A stretch of DNA of 64,000 nt from Polyangiales bacterium (GCA_038230375.1 JBBRNJ010000028.1:1-64000), one strand, 5' to 3'. Counted from the first letter of the stretch, positions 46,919-56,970 are shown. The notes: generated by a model not told the origin, from the letters alone. Made by a program: numbers and translations.

Positions 46919-48190
46919 TCAGCGTACCATGGGATCGTGCGTGACGATGGTGGCGGCGCGCTCCTGGCCGGTGCCCACGAGCCACGCGGGGATGCCGAGC
47001 GCCTTCTCGACCATGTGGACATAGGCTCTTGCGGCGGCTGGCAACGACTCCATGGTGGAGCAGGTCGACAGGTCTTCCTTCCATCCCGCGAACGTCTCGT
47101 ACACGGGCTCCGCGATGCCATCGAGTGGCAGGTCGTCCGTGAGCTTGCCGTTCACCTTGTAGGCCGTGCAGACCTGTAGCGTGTCCTCGCCCGACAGCAC
47201 GTCCAGCTTGGTGAAGGCGAACCCGTTGAGCCCGTTGATGCGCGTGGCGTAGCGCAGCGCAGGCAGGTCGAGCCAGCCGGTGCGGCGCGGGCGACCCGTG
47301 ACCGAGCCGAACTCACCACCGCGCTGCCGCAGGCGCTCGCCAGTGGCGTCGTTGAGCTCGGTGGGGAACGGACCACCGCCCACGCGCGTGGTGTAGGCCT
47401 TCACGAGTCCGACGACAGCGTCGATCTGCGTCGGGCCGATGCCCCCGCCCGTGCACGCGCCGCCGGCGGTCGCCGTGGACGACGTGACGAACGGATAGGT
47501 GCCGTGATCGATGTCGAGGAGCGTGCCCTGCGCGCCCTCCATGAGGATGTTCTTCTTCGCGACGATCGCCTGGTGCACACGCTTCGCTGCGTCGCACACC
47601 ATGGGCGCGAGCTCCTCACGGATGGGACCGAGCTTGTCGGTGACCTCAGCAACGGTGGGCAGCGAGCCCCCGAGCGCCGCCACGACTGGTGCCCACGCGG
47701 TGAGTGCTTGCTCCACCGCCTTCTGCGTCTTCACAGCGTCCATCAGCGTGCCGATGGTGACGCCGCGCCGCGCGATCTTGTCCTCGTAGCAAGGCCCGAC
47801 GCCGCGCTTGGTCGTGCCGATCGCGTTCTCCCCGCTCTCGCGCAGACCGTCGACGATGATGTGGTACGGCAGGATGACGTGCGCGCGGTCAGACACCCAG
47901 AGCCGCTTGCGCGCCGTGACACCGCGCTTCTCCAGCATCGCGATCTCGGAGAGCAGCACAATGGGATCGATCACCATGCCCTGCCCGAGCACGCACGATG
48001 TCTGCTCGTGAAGGATGCCGCTCGGCACCAGGCGCACGATCGTCTTCTCACCGCCGACGACGAGCGTGTGCCCCGCGTTCGGGCCGCCCGCATAGCGCAC
48101 GACCATGTCGGCGTTCGCGGTGTAGAGGTCGACGACCTTGCCTTTGCCCTCGTCCCCCCACTGCGCGCCCACGATCACCACGGTCGCCAT
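46919..48190 (-). CDS. purA: Adenylosuccinate synthetase
   Basis: GAQWGDEGKGK, NAGHT, EGAQGTLLDIDHGTYPFVTSS, TGRPRRTGWLD. Confidence 0.97.
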   Translation of the reverse strand: MATVVIVGAQWGDEGKGKVVDLYTANADMVVRYAGGPNAGHTLVVGGEKTIVRLVPSGILHEQTSCVLGQGMVIDPIVLLSEIAMLEKRGVTARKRLWVSDRAHVILPYHIIVDGLRESGENAIGTTKRGVGPCYEDKIARRGVTIGTLMDAVKTQKAVEQALTAWAPVVAALGGSLPTVAEVTDKLGPIREELAPMVCDAAKRVHQAIVAKKNILMEGAQGTLLDIDHGTYPFVTSSTATAGGACTGGGIGPTQIDAVVGLVKAYTTRVGGGPFPTELNDATGERLRQRGGEFGSVTGRPRRTGWLDLPALRYATRINGLNGFAFTKLDVLSGEDTLQVCTAYKVNGKLTDDLPLDGIAEPVYETFAGWKEDLSTCSTMESLPAAARAYVHMVEKALGIPAWLVGTGQERAATIVTHDPMVR

Positions 48191-48204
48191 CGCTTACTCC
48201 ACGG

Positions 48205-49422
48205 TCATTTCCCAAGAAGACTTCGCAGCGGATCGGCGTCTCGGGCGGCCGCCTTTCCGCTTTTCCCTAGCACGCCATCTTCGGTGACGACGAACGAATA
48301 GCCCCAGGCCGCTGCGTACGCGAGCGCCGCGCTCCGCTCTTCATGGACGACCACACGATAGCCGTGGCCGCGGAGCAGCGACGCATGCGCGGCCGTGGCT
48401 CGCACGAGGACCACGCTGCGCTCGACGTCGCGGCCCGTCTCCACCCCAGCCGACTGCCCGCGCTGCTCGTCCCGGAGCGCCCACGCCAGGTGGTCCGTGT
48501 TGAGCGCGAAGCCCACCGCCGGCAGGTTCGCTCCGAAGCCTGCGGTGAGCGCGTCGTAGCGGCCGCCGCCACCGAGCGGTTCGCCTGGGCCCTCCGCGAA
48601 GAGTGCAAAGCGCATGCCCGTGTAGTATGCGAAGTGCCGGACCTCGCCGGGATCACACGCGATGCGCGGCGCGACATTCTCCTTCACCGCGCGGTGCACG
48701 GTACGCGACAGCTCCGCGATCGCGTCGCGGGCGGGCGTCTTCGCGAGCAACTCCTCCGCCGCGACGAGCGAGTCCGCGCCGCCGAACGTCCGGCACAGCG
48801 CGACCAGCTGGGTCTCGTGCCGCAGGCCCCGCGCGGCATCGCGCACGCGCGCCACGTCCTTTTTTCCAAGCGCTGCGAGCACCGCGGAGGATACGTCGGT
48901 GGATGCGTCGTCGAGGAGCGCGCGGATCACACCCGCGTGCGAGAGCTCCAGCACGAAGCTCTGGAGCCCTGCGCGCCGCACGGACTCGCACGCCAGCGCA
49001 ATGGCCTCCGCATCCGCCTCCGCCCCCGGTGCGCCAAGGAGCTCCGCGCCCACCTGCGCCAGCTGACGATGCTTGCGCGCGCGCCCTTCCTTGCGGCGCA
49101 CCACCACGCCCTCCGTGGCGATGCGGTATGGCCCCGGCAAGGTGACAAGGCGCGTGGCCACGAGCCGCGCGACCTGCGGCGTCATGTCTGCACGCAGCGA
49201 TGCGATCTCCCCCGACTCGGGCTCCACGAAGCGCAGCACGTCTCCGAGGTCGAGCGTTCCCAGTGCGGCATCCGCCACCCTCGACAACTCGAACACGGGC
49301 AGCACCACGGGCTCATACCCGTAGGACGCGAGGCACTCGTGGATCGCGGACGCGATGCGACGCCGCTCCCTTGCCTCCCTGGGCAGGACGTCGTGGATGC
49401 CTTTCGGTAGTGACTGGGGCAT
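48205..49422 (-). CDS. hisZ: ATP phosphoribosyltransferase regulatory subunit
   Basis: LPKGIHDVLP, LRADMTPQVAR, QVGAELLG, YYTG, GGGRYD; adjacent to purA. Confidence 0.88.
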   Translation of the reverse strand: MPQSLPKGIHDVLPREARERRRIASAIHECLASYGYEPVVLPVFELSRVADAALGTLDLGDVLRFVEPESGEIASLRADMTPQVARLVATRLVTLPGPYRIATEGVVVRRKEGRARKHRQLAQVGAELLGAPGAEADAEAIALACESVRRAGLQSFVLELSHAGVIRALLDDASTDVSSAVLAALGKKDVARVRDAARGLRHETQLVALCRTFGGADSLVAAEELLAKTPARDAIAELSRTVHRAVKENVAPRIACDPGEVRHFAYYTGMRFALFAEGPGEPLGGGGRYDALTAGFGANLPAVGFALNTDHLAWALRDEQRGQSAGVETGRDVERSVVLVRATAAHASLLRGHGYRVVVHEERSAALAYAAAWGYSFVVTEDGVLGKSGKAAARDADPLRSLLGK

Positions 49423-49431
49423 GGCGGGTCG

Positions 49432-50421
49432 TCAGAACGTGGTGAAGAAGGCTGCGCCCGCGCCGTCACGACTTACCGTCGGAACGACGCGTGGCATCGC
49501 GCTCGCCTTCGTGCTCGATGGTGGGGGGGCGCTGGGCGCGGTGATGAGGAAGTACGTGCCGAGCGCAACGCCGACCGCCGCCAGAACGAAGCCGCCATCG
49601 GAGACATACGAAAACGCGTCCGCGGTGTTGAGCAGCGCCTTGCCTTCCTTGGTGCATTGCTTGAGCTGCGCGTTGCACAACGGCTCGGAGTCCGCCTTCT
49701 TGCCCAGGACCATGATGCCAAAGACGGCCCCCGTCGCCAGGCCCACCGCTCCGACACCGAACGAAACATAGGCGGCCGTGTGGCTCACCGGCTCGGTAGG
49801 TGGCTGCGGTCGCGTGTCCGTCCCACCCTCGATCGGCGTGGCGGGTGTCGCTACCGGGAGATCCTCGAGCGTGGGGCAGGTCACCCGCTGCGCTGCGGCC
49901 CTGCGCTCCTGCACGAGCACCTCGATCGAGCTCGACTTCTTGCCGCTCTTCTCGAAGCGGAACGTGCGCCGTCCCGGCTCCGCGGTGAAGGGCTGACCGT
50001 TCGCGGCGGCGGGCACCAGCCGCTCCTCGACCATCAGCTGGTCGATCCTGTCGGAACCGCAGTCGAGCGTGAGCCGCGGCAGGTTCTTCTCGAGCTCCGT
50101 GAGATGCTGTCTCGCGAACTCCGCGCGGTCCCTCTTACCAACGCTGTCCGCACGAACCTCGGCGTCGCGATAGGCGAGCCACGACAGCCACGTGCTCCCC
50201 AGCTTCTCGCGGCAGAACGCCAGGTTGAGAACGGTGCCCAGCTGTGCGTCGAGCTTCTGGCTGTCCTCGAACTTCGGGCAGGCGTCTGCGAACTTCTGCG
50301 CCTTCATCAGATCCTGCCCCTCCTTGAAGAGGCGGGCTGCGTCGGACTTTCCGTCGGCCAGGGCCGGCGACGTAAAGAGCGAGCAGGCAGCAGCGGCGAT
50401 CAGCGTGGTTCGGAGTCGCAT
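49432..50421 (-). CDS. Secreted TPR + PEGA-like protein
   Basis: Signal peptide; LFKEG...ACPKFEDS...GTVLNLAFC; C-terminal hydrophobic Gly-rich hairpins. Confidence 0.75.
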   Translation of the reverse strand: MRLRTTLIAAAACSLFTSPALADGKSDAARLFKEGQDLMKAQKFADACPKFEDSQKLDAQLGTVLNLAFCREKLGSTWLSWLAYRDAEVRADSVGKRDRAEFARQHLTELEKNLPRLTLDCGSDRIDQLMVEERLVPAAANGQPFTAEPGRRTFRFEKSGKKSSSIEVLVQERRAAAQRVTCPTLEDLPVATPATPIEGGTDTRPQPPTEPVSHTAAYVSFGVGAVGLATGAVFGIMVLGKKADSEPLCNAQLKQCTKEGKALLNTADAFSYVSDGGFVLAAVGVALGTYFLITAPSAPPPSSTKASAMPRVVPTVSRDGAGAAFFTTF

Positions 50422-50456
50422 GCGCGGGAGCGATCAGGAGCCTTCGGGATACAGCG

Positions 50457-52031
50457 TCACTTCTGTTCGATGAGGACGTCCGGCAAGCTACCACCGTTGC
50501 CACCGTTCGCGCCAGGCGAGCCACCGCGCGGCGGCGCTCCACCTTGCCCGGGCGGATTTGTCTTGGGCGGCGCGGCCCTCACCTTGCGGATGGGCGCGGG
50601 TTGAGGCGCAGGCTGTGCGCGAGCAGCGACAGCAACGTTAGGCACACCACGAGGCCCCGCGTCTCCATCGAGATCGAGCATGCCGGCCGGGGTCTGACCC
50701 GTCTGCACGAGTGGCCCCACCGAGCCCGGGGTCTGTCCCGTCTGCACCAGCGGCCCCACTACTGAGTTGGGCGAGTTGGGCGAGTTGGGTGAGTTGGGCC
50801 CTTGCTCCATGCCAGTCGGTGCGAGCGGGCCAAGTGGTACCGCCAGCATCGGTACAGCTCCCGTGGGCGCGGTCATCGTGTCGTCAGCGGCGACCTGGGC
50901 GTCGTGGTGTTTCTTGTTGATGACGACGACGAGCGCGATGGCGATGGCCACGCCGATACCGCCGGCGATCCAGAACGGTGTCTTGCTGCCCTCGTTCGCC
51001 ACGGCGAACTTGCGCTTGCCGACGACGGTGCTCGCGGTGGGCTGGACGTCGGACTCGCGAACGCTCACCAACGCCCCTGGCTTCGAGCGCGTCGCATTGC
51101 TGTCCTCGGGCAGAGGCCGCGTCAGTGTCCGGCGCACCTCCTCGGCTGCATGCGTCCACGTTCCAGAGCCGAAGGCCACGAGCGCAGTCGCGAGCTCGTG
51201 GACGCTCTGGTAGCGCTCGTCGCGGTTCTTCGTGAGGCACTTCTTGATCGCGTCCTCGAGCCCGGCAGGCACCTCCGGAGCGATGTCGCGCAGGCGTGGC
51301 GGCTCCTGCTCCAGGATCATCGCGAACGTCTCCTGCACCTCTTGCCCGCGGAACGGAAGCCGCGCCGTCAGCAGCTCGTACATCACGATGCCCATCGCCC
51401 AGATGTCAGCGCGCATGTCGACGGTCTTCGGGCTTCGCACCTGCTCGGGCGACATGTACGGGGGCGAGCCGAGCATGGCCTTCGCGCCTGTCAGCCGCTG
51501 CTCGTCTTCCGACGCGACGATCGATTTGGACACGCCGAAATCGAGGACCTTGATGATCTCGGTGCCATCCGGACGGCGCGAGAGAAACAGGTTCGATGGC
51601 TTCAGATCGCGGTGGACGATGCCACGTGCGTGGGCGCCCGCGAGCCCCATCAACGCCTGCAGCATGTAGTCGACGACCAGCCACCGCGGCAGCGGCCCCT
51701 GCGAGCTCAACACCTGATAGAGATCGACGCCTTCGAGGAGCTCCATCACGATGAACGGCAGCCCGTCGGGGCCGCGGTCGATGTCGAGCACGCGGGACAC
51801 GTGCTCGCCCGGAATGCGCGCGGCGCTCTTCGCTTCCATGATGAGGCGCGACACGGCCTCTTCGTCGTCGTTGTACAGAAGCTTCACTGCGACCGGTTGG
51901 TCGAGCACGATGTGGTGCGCCGCGACGACCATGCCCATGCCGCCCTCGCCAAGAAGCCGCTCGACGCGGTACTTCCCGCCGATGACGTCACCAGCTTTCA
52001 GGTTGCCGGGCGCTGCGCGTTTTCGCGACAT
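50457..52031 (-). CDS. Membrane-anchored Ser/Thr protein kinase
   Basis: GEGGMG, VAVK, HRDLKPSN, DFG, YMSPEQ, DIWAMG; one TM helix; low-complexity tail. Confidence 0.95.
   Translation of the reverse strand: MSRKRAAPGNLKAGDVIGGKYRVERLLGEGGMGMVVAAHHIVLDQPVAVKLLYNDDEEAVSRLIMEAKSAARIPGEHVSRVLDIDRGPDGLPFIVMELLEGVDLYQVLSSQGPLPRWLVVDYMLQALMGLAGAHARGIVHRDLKPSNLFLSRRPDGTEIIKVLDFGVSKSIVASEDEQRLTGAKAMLGSPPYMSPEQVRSPKTVDMRADIWAMGIVMYELLTARLPFRGQEVQETFAMILEQEPPRLRDIAPEVPAGLEDAIKKCLTKNRDERYQSVHELATALVAFGSGTWTHAAEEVRRTLTRPLPEDSNATRSKPGALVSVRESDVQPTASTVVGKRKFAVANEGSKTPFWIAGGIGVAIAIALVVVINKKHHDAQVAADDTMTAPTGAVPMLAVPLGPLAPTGMEQGPNSPNSPNSPNSVVGPLVQTGQTPGSVGPLVQTGQTPAGMLDLDGDAGPRGVPNVAVAARAQPAPQPAPIRKVRAAPPKTNPPGQGGAPPRGGSPGANGGNGGSLPDVLIEQK
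50689..50799. repeat. Coding repeats in the kinase tail: 39-bp period x2 and 9-bp x4
   Basis: VGPLVQTGQTP twice; GAGTTGGG(C/T) x4 encoding PNS repeats. Confidence 0.8.
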
Positions 52032-52286
52032 CGTTCAGTGTTGGAGAGTATCGCTAGTCATCGGCGCGAACTAGGATTGCGGACGGCGCCGGGCGATCTT
52101 CCACGTCACCGGCCCGTCCTGGAGGCCCGGGTCATGAAAGGTGGGCATGTCGCTTCATCGTCGGAGCCCCCTTCAACTGTCGGTTCGGTGACAGGCATGT
52201 CGGAGCGTCGTCGCGGGCGTGCGGAATGGTTTCGCGCACGATTCGAGGGCAAATGAGCAGCTCTTGCGGCCGGCACGAGGCTCGCA

Positions 52287-52997
52287 GTGGCTCGCCGCAT
52301 GGCATACGTCATCGACCGAGACCTGGTGAACCGCGCGACCTCGGGGGACAAGGCTGCTCAGGGGCTGCTCGTCAGCATGGTGCGCCCGCATGTCGAACGC
52401 CAGCTGCTCCGCTACCCCGTCACGGACGAGGACCGGCGCGACCTCCTTCAGACCACGCTCATGACCGTGGTCCGCAGGCTGGACACGTTCCGCGCAGAGT
52501 CGAGCTTCTCGACGTGGCTCTTTCGTGTGACCGCCAACGAGGCCCTCATGCTCATGAGGTCGCAGCGTCGTCAGCGGCGCCGCGTGACCGACACGCTCGA
52601 CTGGGACGAGATCACTGCGTTGCCTGCGCTCGATGACGCGGTGCCGGATGGCGAGACCGCCGCGGCGAACCAGGAGCGCGACGGGCGCGTGCGTGATGCG
52701 CTGGCATCCCTGCCGGGCGAATACCGCGACGTGGTGTCGCTGCACTACCACATGGAGCTTGGCCTCCAGGAGATCGCCGACAAGCTCGAGCTGACGGAGA
52801 GCGCCGTGCGTTCGCGCCTGCATCGCGCGCGCACCCGCCTCCGCATGCTCCTTGCGAACACGCCGGTCGGCCGCGAGGCCATTGCCGAGGCGAGCCTGTC
52901 GCAGCACCTCGACCCGATGCTCGCCGAGCCCGCGCCGCAGTCGCACCGGGCGCCGTCCAGCGGCCAGGTCTCCCGTCCCGCGCTGCGCGCAGCGTGA
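52287..52997 (+). CDS. ECF-type RNA polymerase sigma factor
   Basis: FRAESSFSTWLFRVTAN (region 2); LPGEYRDVVSL...EIA...VRSRLHRAR (region 4). Confidence 0.92.
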   Translation: MARRMAYVIDRDLVNRATSGDKAAQGLLVSMVRPHVERQLLRYPVTDEDRRDLLQTTLMTVVRRLDTFRAESSFSTWLFRVTANEALMLMRSQRRQRRRVTDTLDWDEITALPALDDAVPDGETAAANQERDGRVRDALASLPGEYRDVVSLHYHMELGLQEIADKLELTESAVRSRLHRARTRLRMLLANTPVGREAIAEASLSQHLDPMLAEPAPQSHRAPSSGQVSRPALRAA

Positions 52998-53038
52998 TCT
53001 TCGCTCCCGAGGGTTGATGGCGGGTCTATCGTAGCTGC

Positions 53039-53695
53039 GTGGACCTGCCTCTGCTCTTCGTGTTCGACCTCGACGGGACGCTCGTCGACTCCAGCACAGA
53101 CATTGCGCGCGCCTGCAACCACGCGCTCGCGGCGTTCGGCCGCGCGCCGCTCACGCACCACGCGATTGCGCCGCTCGTCGGCGACGGTGCCCGCGTGCTG
53201 ATCGCGCGCGCGTTCGCGATGGATCCGCGCTCGGCTGACGTGGATGCGCCGCTCGCGGCATACAATTCCTTCTACGAGCTGCACCCCGCGGATGCGACGT
53301 CGCTCGTGCCGGGCATGCCCGAGGTGTTGGCCGCGCTTGCACCGCGAGCGAAGCTGGGCGTGTGCACGAACAAGCCGCGCGCCATCACCGTGGGCGTGCT
53401 CGGACGGCTCGGGATCGCATCGACGTTCGCGGTGGTCTATGCCGGCGGCGATGGACCGCTGAAGCCCGACCCCGCGGGAATGCGTGCATGTTGCAATGAA
53501 CTCGATGTCTCGCCGGAGCGCGCTGCGCTCGTCGGTGACTCGCCGCAGGACGTGCTGGCTGGCCGCGCGGCAGGTGCCCTGACCATCGGACTCGCGACGG
53601 AGATCTTCGGCCCGGCGGAAAAGCTGCGCGCAGCAAAGCCCGACCTGCTCTTCGCCGACGCAGCGGCACTGCTCGCGCACTTCACGAGCGCGTGA
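53039..53695 (+). CDS. HAD hydrolase, phosphoglycolate phosphatase-like
   Basis: FDLDGTLVDS, TNK, KPDP, VGDS..D..AGRAAG. Confidence 0.88.
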   Translation: MDLPLLFVFDLDGTLVDSSTDIARACNHALAAFGRAPLTHHAIAPLVGDGARVLIARAFAMDPRSADVDAPLAAYNSFYELHPADATSLVPGMPEVLAALAPRAKLGVCTNKPRAITVGVLGRLGIASTFAVVYAGGDGPLKPDPAGMRACCNELDVSPERAALVGDSPQDVLAGRAAGALTIGLATEIFGPAEKLRAAKPDLLFADAAALLAHFTSA

Positions 53696-53698
53696 GCG

Positions 53699-55942
53699 TC
53701 ACGGGGTATCGGGCTTGACGTCGATCTCGGTGAGGTGGGAGCGGAGCTCCATCATCCTGTCGGACAGCTCCTTCACGCGCTCCTTGTCGCCAGAGAGATC
53801 GTTCTTCTCTTCGGGGTCCGCTGCCAGATCGAAGAGCTGGTACTGCGGCCCGCCCAGGTGAATGAGCTTCATGCCCGGGCTCTTTCCAGTGATGAGCGCA
53901 CGACGATGCAGGTTCCAGGGCCCCGCGGGCATGTCCATGTACACGTCGCGCTCGCTGGGCGTCGCGTCCTTCGCCAGGCGTACATCGGTGAGCAAGCTCA
54001 CGCCGTCCAGCTCTCCACCGACGGGCTTCTTCACGGCCTCGAGATCCATGATCGTGGGCGCGAGGTCGATGTGACTCCGCTGCTGCGCGATGCGGCGCGG
54101 CGGCGCGTCCGGCACGTACACGAGCAGCGGCACGTGCACGAGCATCTCCCACAGCTCCGCGCCGTGCCAGCTCATGTTGTGCTCGCCCAGCGCCTCACCA
54201 TGGTCCGCCGTGACGATGATGGCCGTGTCCTTCGCAAAGGGTGCACTCTGCACATAATCGACGACGCGGCCCACCTGCTGGTCCGTGAACCACACCTCGC
54301 CGTCGTACGCGCCGCGCGAGTAGTCCGCGGGGCCGGGCTTCTCGGGAAGGAACGTGGGCGCGCCCTGATGAGGCACGTACTGCGCATGCGGATCGAAGTA
54401 GTGGATCCACATGAAGAAGGGCTTTCCGGAGTGCCCTTCGTCCTTCAGCATGCGGATGGCCGCATCGCTCACGCGGTCTCCGCCAATGGAGTTGTCGTTG
54501 TCCGTCATGCCCGGCGGAATGGGCGACAGATCGAACAGGTCCATCCCCTGCGTGACGCCACTCCACGGCTTCCAGTACCAGTGACCAGAGCATCCGAAGG
54601 TGTGGATCCCGGCGTCCTGCAGGCGCTTGGTCACGAAGACATTGTTCTTGTCGTAGGCGTTGAAGTGGCTGCCGTCTCGTGAGGTCTCGCTCGGGTACTT
54701 GCCGATGAGCATGGGCCCGATGCTCTTCCCCGTGTACGAGGCCATGGCGTACGCGTGCTCGAACACCGTGGACTTCTCCGCAAGGCGATCCAGGTTCGGT
54801 GTCACCGGCTTGGGGTAGCCAAGGAACCCGACGTCGGCGCGGAGCGTGTCGATCGTGATGAGGAGCACGTTGTAGTGCTTCGCCGGGAGCTCGGGCTCGA
54901 TGACCTTCGGGATGACCTTGATCGCGAGCGGCGTGTCCGCGCCCGAGCAGTCCTCGTCAAGGTCGTTGCCCGGCTTGTCGAAGAAGTCCGGCGAGCGGCG
55001 CGGATCCCGGTCGTCGCAGTCGAGCCCGCCGAAGAGCGCGCTGCGTCCGTCCTTGTCGCGGTCGGTGAGCTTGCGAAGAATGCGGAGGCCCATGCGGCCG
55101 GCGGGCGCGCGGCGCTCGATCTCGCGCGTCACCTTCTCGTGGGCGTTGAGCGCATGCGCGGCGCGAACGGCGAGCAACGGCGGTCCGAGGCACGCAACAG
55201 CGAGCCCAAGGAGGAGCACCACGCGCCTCCGCCGCACGCGCCCGTCCAGCACCAGGCCAAGGTACGCGAACGAGAAGACCGCGAGCACGTGCGTGAGGGG
55301 CGACAGGTCGAGCTCCTTGCGCGCGAGCACACCCAGGATCGCGAGCGGCGTGGGGCCCGTACCGCTTGCGTCTCCCAGTCCCACACCCAGCGCGAAGAGC
55401 AGCGCTGCCACGAACAACCCGAGCGAGAGCGTGAAGACCGGATCGATGAGCAGCGGTGCCTTGCCGCCCGCATACGCAAGGAGCTTGCGGAGCGGCGAGC
55501 TGAGCGCGAGCGCGAGCACACCAGCCCCAGCGAAGACCCCGAGCACCGACAGCGCGAGCGCAGCGCCCGCCGCCCGCGGAGCGCCGTCGGACAGGAGGTC
55601 ACGCGCGATATGCGCTGACACGACGAGCGCCCACAACCCGCACAGGCAAAGGAGCGGAAGCAGCGCAGCGAGCCGCGACCGGAGCAGCACCGGCAGCGCA
55701 CGCAGGTCCGCCGCATATTCCGTGGGCGCCTTCGTGCGCGCGGGCTCGAAGAACATGGCAAGCGCGAAGGCGACGAGCGCGGCGAGCACCGCGATCGGCG
55801 CGCACACGCCGATCAGGTCCATGAGGAGCTCACGGGGCGCGTCGGTGTCGGCGTAGAGCGCCCGGCCCTCGACCAGGGCCACCAGCGTCGCGCCAGCGCT
55901 CGCGCCCGTCAGCGCGAATACGAAGCGTAGAGGCCCTCTCAT
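53699..55942 (-). CDS. Multi-pass membrane protein with a sulfatase/LTA-synthase-like domain
   Basis: N-terminal TM helices; DCDD...DEDCSG metal-binding repeat; TIDTLRAD, ASYTGKS, HYFDPH, TADHGE. Confidence 0.85.
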   Translation of the reverse strand: MRGPLRFVFALTGASAGATLVALVEGRALYADTDAPRELLMDLIGVCAPIAVLAALVAFALAMFFEPARTKAPTEYAADLRALPVLLRSRLAALLPLLCLCGLWALVVSAHIARDLLSDGAPRAAGAALALSVLGVFAGAGVLALALSSPLRKLLAYAGGKAPLLIDPVFTLSLGLFVAALLFALGVGLGDASGTGPTPLAILGVLARKELDLSPLTHVLAVFSFAYLGLVLDGRVRRRRVVLLLGLAVACLGPPLLAVRAAHALNAHEKVTREIERRAPAGRMGLRILRKLTDRDKDGRSALFGGLDCDDRDPRRSPDFFDKPGNDLDEDCSGADTPLAIKVIPKVIEPELPAKHYNVLLITIDTLRADVGFLGYPKPVTPNLDRLAEKSTVFEHAYAMASYTGKSIGPMLIGKYPSETSRDGSHFNAYDKNNVFVTKRLQDAGIHTFGCSGHWYWKPWSGVTQGMDLFDLSPIPPGMTDNDNSIGGDRVSDAAIRMLKDEGHSGKPFFMWIHYFDPHAQYVPHQGAPTFLPEKPGPADYSRGAYDGEVWFTDQQVGRVVDYVQSAPFAKDTAIIVTADHGEALGEHNMSWHGAELWEMLVHVPLLVYVPDAPPRRIAQQRSHIDLAPTIMDLEAVKKPVGGELDGVSLLTDVRLAKDATPSERDVYMDMPAGPWNLHRRALITGKSPGMKLIHLGGPQYQLFDLAADPEEKNDLSGDKERVKELSDRMMELRSHLTEIDVKPDTP

Positions 55943-55994
55943 GTCTTCGCGGATCCTCTACCACGACCCGAGCGGCGCTCGAGCAGAGCGAGTG

Positions 55995-56927
55995 CTACGC
56001 GCCGTCTTTTCCGCGCTTCGGGGGGTGACCTGCAAGCGGATGGGCTTTGTCGTAGACGGCGAAGAGGTGCTCCATCGATACGTGGGTGTAGCGCTCCGTG
56101 GTGGAGAGCGACGAGTGCCCGAGCATCTCCTGGATGGAGCGAAGATCCGCGCCGCCGTCGAGCATGTGCGTGGCGCACGTGTGCCGGAGCGCGTGCGGAT
56201 GCAGGTCGGAGCGCCCAGCGCCCAGCGCTCCATACTTCGACACGAGCAGCTCCACGCCGCGGACGTTCATGCGATTTCCACGCGTGGAGAGGAACATCGC
56301 GCGCTCCGAGCCCTTGGGTGGCGGCGTGCGTTCGAGAGCGGGCCGCGCGCCCAGGTATTCGCCGACGGCGGCGAGCGCGGCGCGACCCAGCGGCACTACG
56401 CGCTCCTTGTTGCCCTTGCCGATCACGCGCACCTCCATGCGATGCTGGTCGAGCGAGTCCATGTCCAGCCCACACAGCTCGCTCACGCGGAGCCCGCCTC
56501 CGTAGAGGACCTCGAGGATGGCGCGGTCGCGGAGGCCGGCCGGATCGTCAGCGGAAGGCGCTTGCACGACCTCCTTCGCGGCGTCCGCCGAGAGGAACAG
56601 CGGGAGCCGCTTCGGGACCTTCGGGGACGCAAGGCTCTCCGCCGGATTCTTCGCGAGGAAGCCCTTGCGCCTGCAGAAGCGGAAGAACGTGCGCACCACT
56701 GCTATCTGCCTCCCCATCGACGACGCCGCGAGTGTCTTGCTGCGCTCCGCGAGGAACGCACGCAGCCCGAACACGTTCACCGCATCGAGCGTCGTCTGCT
56801 TCTTCTCTGCGAGGAAGGCGATCAACAGCGCGAGGTCGTGCTCGTACGAGACAAGCGTGTTTCTAGGTGAGCGTCGCTCGGTCCGCAGGTACCCGAGGAA
56901 CGCTTCTTTCGCCGCGGGCAGCTCCAC
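55995..56927 (-). CDS. xerC: Tyrosine recombinase XerC-like
   Basis: RDRAILEVLYGGGLRVSEL, GKGNKER, HALRHTCATH, LGHSSLSTTERY. Confidence 0.85.
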   Translation of the reverse strand: MELPAAKEAFLGYLRTERRSPRNTLVSYEHDLALLIAFLAEKKQTTLDAVNVFGLRAFLAERSKTLAASSMGRQIAVVRTFFRFCRRKGFLAKNPAESLASPKVPKRLPLFLSADAAKEVVQAPSADDPAGLRDRAILEVLYGGGLRVSELCGLDMDSLDQHRMEVRVIGKGNKERVVPLGRAALAAVGEYLGARPALERTPPPKGSERAMFLSTRGNRMNVRGVELLVSKYGALGAGRSDLHPHALRHTCATHMLDGGADLRSIQEMLGHSSLSTTERYTHVSMEHLFAVYDKAHPLAGHPPKRGKDGA

Positions 56928-56970
56928 AGGTTTGAATGTAGGGTCTCAGGCTGTATCGTCGAAGAAAAGC

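Noticed and set aside
55995..56927. Phage/ICE integrase marking a mobile element
   Set aside because: Length and motifs fit housekeeping XerC; no att repeats, phage or transfer genes; no dif-like site recognised.
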